Assembly: GCA_043824255.1 (NCBI GenBank)
Contig: JBDRTG010000048.1
Span: 1-19,627, forward strand
Source: a bacterium
GTDB taxonomy: Bacteria > JAHJDO01
Direction: 5' to 3'
DNA: 19,627 nucleotides
Shown one piece after another: positions 16,719-19,627 of this stretch (within the stretch, counting starts at the first letter, position 1; every line of letters begins with the position of its first letter). The notes beneath the pieces were generated by a model. That model was not told the origin of the DNA. It was given only the letters and a program-made list of their open reading frames with translations, and ran no database searches. The position numbers were made by a program, and so were the translations under genes.

Positions 16719-18080
16719 TTATCCAATAATTACTTCTTCCTCTGGATATGCATATATAGCCTTTCTTCTCTTTCTTGTAAGCGCCAGAGCTATAGCCAGA
16801 GGACCAATCCTACCAGTGAGCATTGTGATTATAATTACTAATTTGCCTGATGTAGTTAAGTCAGGCGTTATTCCCCTTGAAAGACCTACTGTGCCGAAAG
16901 CAGATATTTCCTCAAACAAGATGTCCATAAAACTCGCTTTTTCTGTAAGTAGTAATATTACAATACACGTCGTAATAAATATAGCAGAAACAAAGATAAT
17001 TCCGAATACTTTGTTTAAAGAATGCTTGGGTAGACTTCTCCCGAATATCTCTACCCTTTGTTGCCCTTGAATAAATGATCGCAAACTTACTACTGCGATT
17101 CCAAGTGTGCTTGTTTTAATTCCACCTCCTGTAGAGCCTGGAGAAGCCCCTATGAACATAAAAATCATGAGGACAAGACAAGACGCATTCGCTAACCCAC
17201 AAACATTTATAGTATTAAATCCTGCAGTTCTTGCTGTTATAGATTGGAAATAGGATATCATCAACTTCTCCTTAATTGAATATGAACATAACAAATTCCT
17301 GTTTTCAATTAAGAAGAGAATAAGTGTGCCACTAATTATTAAGATAATACTGGTAATTAGAACTAATTTTGTATGGACTTTTAATCTGGCCGGTTTTTTT
17401 CTCAATTTAAGGTTAATGACTTTAATGATATCAGTAATTACTATAAAACCGAGACCGCCTAGTATAATTAAAGAAGTAATTATAAGATTAAAAGCACTAG
17501 ACTTACCATAATTTGCGAAGCTATTCTGGAACAGTGAGAATCCAGCATTGCAGAATGCAGAAACTGCATGAAATACAGAGAAATAAAGAGTTTTTTTAAT
17601 GCTTATAAAATCTCCTATCCAAAATAGATATAGAGATATTGACCCTATAATCTCTATTGTGAATGTGATAAGGAGAATTGATACGAGCATATGACCTATT
17701 TTGTCAAGAGTTTCATAATTGAGAGCATCTCGCATAACTAAGCTTTCATTTAGGCTCATGTTTCTTAGAATAATGGAGAAGAAACCGACCATAGTCATAA
17801 GGCCAAGTCCGCCGATTTGAATAAGAGCGAGAATAATGAGTTGTCCAAAAAGTGTAAAAGTGTTTGATATATTGACCACAGTAAGTCCTGTAACACACGT
17901 TGCTGAGGCAGCTGTAAACAAAGTGTTTATAATACTGAGGTCTATGCCTGGTTTCCTGGATTGGGGCAGCAGTAATAAAAGCGTTCCCATGGTAATGATT
18001 GTGATAAAGCTTAAAGCAACTATTTGTACGGGTTTTAGACCAAGCTTAGCTATAGCTTTAAAGAGATTTTCTTTAACCAC
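16719..18080 (-). CDS. ktrB: Ktr/TrkH K+ uptake membrane subunit
   Basis: Four pore-loop glycine motifs SATCVTGL, SAFCNAGF, TARTAGF, SAFGTVGL; MFIGASPGSTGGGIK; GRIGP. Confidence 0.93.
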   Translation of the reverse strand: MVKENLFKAIAKLGLKPVQIVALSFITIITMGTLLLLLPQSRKPGIDLSIINTLFTAASATCVTGLTVVNISNTFTLFGQLIILALIQIGGLGLMTMVGFFSIILRNMSLNESLVMRDALNYETLDKIGHMLVSILLITFTIEIIGSISLYLFWIGDFISIKKTLYFSVFHAVSAFCNAGFSLFQNSFANYGKSSAFNLIITSLIILGGLGFIVITDIIKVINLKLRKKPARLKVHTKLVLITSIILIISGTLILFLIENRNLLCSYSIKEKLMISYFQSITARTAGFNTINVCGLANASCLVLMIFMFIGASPGSTGGGIKTSTLGIAVVSLRSFIQGQQRVEIFGRSLPKHSLNKVFGIIFVSAIFITTCIVILLLTEKASFMDILFEEISAFGTVGLSRGITPDLTTSGKLVIIITMLTGRIGPLAIALALTRKRRKAIYAYPEEEVIIG

Positions 18081-18092
18081 TGTTGGTCAATT

Positions 18093-18593
18093 TCACAGGT
18101 AGTTTTGTGCAATTTTGTATAAGTAATCAATTGCTGGCTGAACAAACTGTGGTATTGCAGTGTCCTTTATGCAGAATAAAAGCAATATAATAGAACATGT
18201 TGATATAATAAGAGAAAGTATTATAACAGTTCCTATAAACTTAGATTTCTCTTTTTTATCCAGCTTTTTAGGAGGATGTTTTAGAAATTCAGGCTTTTCT
18301 TCTTTCTCGCTTCTTTTTATATTAATGTCTTGTGTAGTTTCTGGAGGTTTTATTACATTAGTAGATCCGCTGTCCCTAACTAATGCTTGACTCACTTTAT
18401 TACTTGGTTGGACTTGAAATGGCGGATGAGCAGCAGGGGCTTGGACACTTTCTTGTTTAGGAGGTTCAACAGAAGGTGAAGGTGGCGGAGCTTGTTTGGG
18501 AGGTTCAATATTTATGCTGGAACTCTGTGTTAGCCCAGGTTCCTTCTGTATATTTTTATCTTCATGGATTGGTTTTGCTTTCTTATCTTCCAT
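18093..18593 (-). CDS. Hypothetical protein: Pro-rich disordered N-terminus and a single C-terminal transmembrane helix
   Basis: 166-aa ORF in operon position with an AGGAG RBS; EPPKQ repeated; hydrophobic FIGTVIILSLIISTCSIILLLFCI after a Lys-rich stretch. Confidence 0.7.
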   Translation of the reverse strand: MEDKKAKPIHEDKNIQKEPGLTQSSSINIEPPKQAPPPSPSVEPPKQESVQAPAAHPPFQVQPSNKVSQALVRDSGSTNVIKPPETTQDINIKRSEKEEKPEFLKHPPKKLDKKEKSKFIGTVIILSLIISTCSIILLLFCIKDTAIPQFVQPAIDYLYKIAQNYL

Positions 18594-18612
18594 TATTTTG
18601 TTCTCCTTTTAG

Positions 18613-19395
18613 CTACTCTTCTGTTGGATCTCGATTCAAAAGTTGGACTGTGTCGCCATCTTTGATCTTTCTTATATTATCGAATGCATCTATTTTGGAA
18701 ACCATTATTGTATTATATATTCCCTTGATTGTAATCTTGTCTATAAGATTATTATTGCGAAGGATAACAAGTCTCTTGCCTATATGTCTGCTTATGTCAC
18801 GCTCAAAGTCTATGGCAATTATTCCTGTTTTTCTATCAATTTTCAGGATCTTTCCTATCATATTTTCATTAAACACGGGCACATCTTTTCTTTCTTGTTT
18901 CTCCCCAGGTGCTTTCTTTTCAGAAATTTCCTTGCCAAGAAGCCTAGCAATACGCACTTCAATAGCTATCCTTTTTGCTGATTCTTTTTCTAACTCTTTA
19001 TTAAGATTTTCTTTCTGGGATTTGAGAGAACTAATTTGTGAATCAGCTTTGTCTAACTGAGTCTTATAGTTATCCTTTATTTGGATTTCTTTTTTTATAT
19101 CATCTGCTAATTGGGCTGTTTTTTGTTTTTCTGATGTTAGAGCTGTTTTGTATCTATCGCGTTCTATCTGTGTTTGTGCTAACTGTTTTTCCAGAGAATT
19201 TTTTGTTGCAGTCATGTTTTTCAGGTTTTCCTCTACCTTTGCCTTAGCTTCTTTTGTTTTATTTAGATCATCAGTGAGATTTGCAATTTGCCCCTTTTGG
19301 TCCTGGTTTCGTCCTATTATAATCATAGTAGCAACTGCAAATAAGAGAGATACTACCAAAAACAGGATAACACCAGTCTTCATCAATTTGCCCAT
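18613..19395 (-). CDS. Hypothetical membrane-anchored coiled-coil protein
   Basis: N-terminal hydrophobic helix, long K/E/Q-rich heptad region, then a small beta-rich-looking C-terminal domain; GGGGGA RBS. Confidence 0.75.
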   Translation of the reverse strand: MGKLMKTGVILFLVVSLLFAVATMIIIGRNQDQKGQIANLTDDLNKTKEAKAKVEENLKNMTATKNSLEKQLAQTQIERDRYKTALTSEKQKTAQLADDIKKEIQIKDNYKTQLDKADSQISSLKSQKENLNKELEKESAKRIAIEVRIARLLGKEISEKKAPGEKQERKDVPVFNENMIGKILKIDRKTGIIAIDFERDISRHIGKRLVILRNNNLIDKITIKGIYNTIMVSKIDAFDNIRKIKDGDTVQLLNRDPTEE

Positions 19396-19451
19396 ATTCC
19401 CCCCAAGATTTGATTTTTCTAAAAACTTTAAAAAGCTCCAAATTCACGGGC

Positions 19452-19481
19452 AGTCTATCATAGTCTAATTTAATGTGTCAA
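19452..19481 (-). promoter_or_regulatory. Putative sigma70 promoter for the - strand operon
   Basis: - strand TTGACA (19481-19476), 18-nt spacer, TAGACT (19457-19452) preceded by TGA (extended -10). Confidence 0.55.
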
Positions 19482-19487
19482 GTTCTA

Positions 19488-19627
19488 TGTCAAGCCAAAA
19501 TAGAAATGTCCTATTCTTACCAAAGTAGAAATGTCCTATTTTGTTAAGATTAGTAGTAGTAAGTTTTTCTTTTTGATCAAACTTTTTCTTTTTGTTAATT
19601 CTGTGCATATTGTGGATAACTCCTTGT
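19488..19627 (-). mobile_element. Terminal region of an insertion sequence, probably IS1202/ISNCY-type; truncated by the window end
   Basis: Begins TGTCAAG, followed by two 21-bp direct repeats CCAAAATAGAAATGTCCTATT (19495-19515) and CCAAAGTAGAAATGTCCTATT (19520-19540); TGT end plus tandem subterminal repeats; no transposase catalytic domain inside the window. Confidence 0.6.

Noticed and set aside
18476..19060. 194-aa + strand ORF and the other short antisense or alternate-frame ORFs in the track
   Set aside because: They overlap well-supported genes, carry no recognisable motifs and look like shadow ORFs
19495..19540. CRISPR array
   Set aside because: Only two 21-bp repeats separated by 4 nt; no spacers and no cas genes
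19602..19619. Perfect DnaA box (TGTGGATAA, 19611-19619) plus a near match, suggesting oriC
   Set aside because: Lies inside the presumed IS; no box cluster or dnaA/dnaN context in view, and the same 9-mer occurs by chance inside hisI. Cannot be fully excluded because the window ends here

Overview
AT-rich bacterial chromosomal segment, almost fully coding and mostly housekeeping. The + strand carries lipB-lipA, then a long, tightly coupled run: stand-alone lipoyl-domain protein, aspartate aminotransferase, hom, PAP2 phosphatase, thrC, URO-D-like #1, D-2-hydroxyacid dehydrogenase, lysC, URO-D-like #2, hisB, hisA. URO-D-like #3 follows on the - strand, then hisI on the + strand. A - strand operon carries two orphan membrane-anchored proteins, ktrB, ktrA, folE and a nagA-like gene. 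The window ends in what looks like the terminal inverted repeat of an IS1202/ISNCY-type insertion sequence. Most notable points: (1) three highly divergent URO-D/MtaA-fold genes that are neither HemE nor canonical MtaA, each sitting inside amino-acid biosynthesis gene order; (2) a FolE whose GLSKxxR triphosphate-binding motif reads GLNTLVH; (3) hisH and hisF both missing from hisB-hisA-hisI; (4) a 95-bp element with 17-bp inverted arms between lipB and lipA; (5) a probable internal beta-subunit start in lysC; (6) an IS end 5 bp from a resident -35 box. All calls come from motif recognition by eye; no database searches were run.
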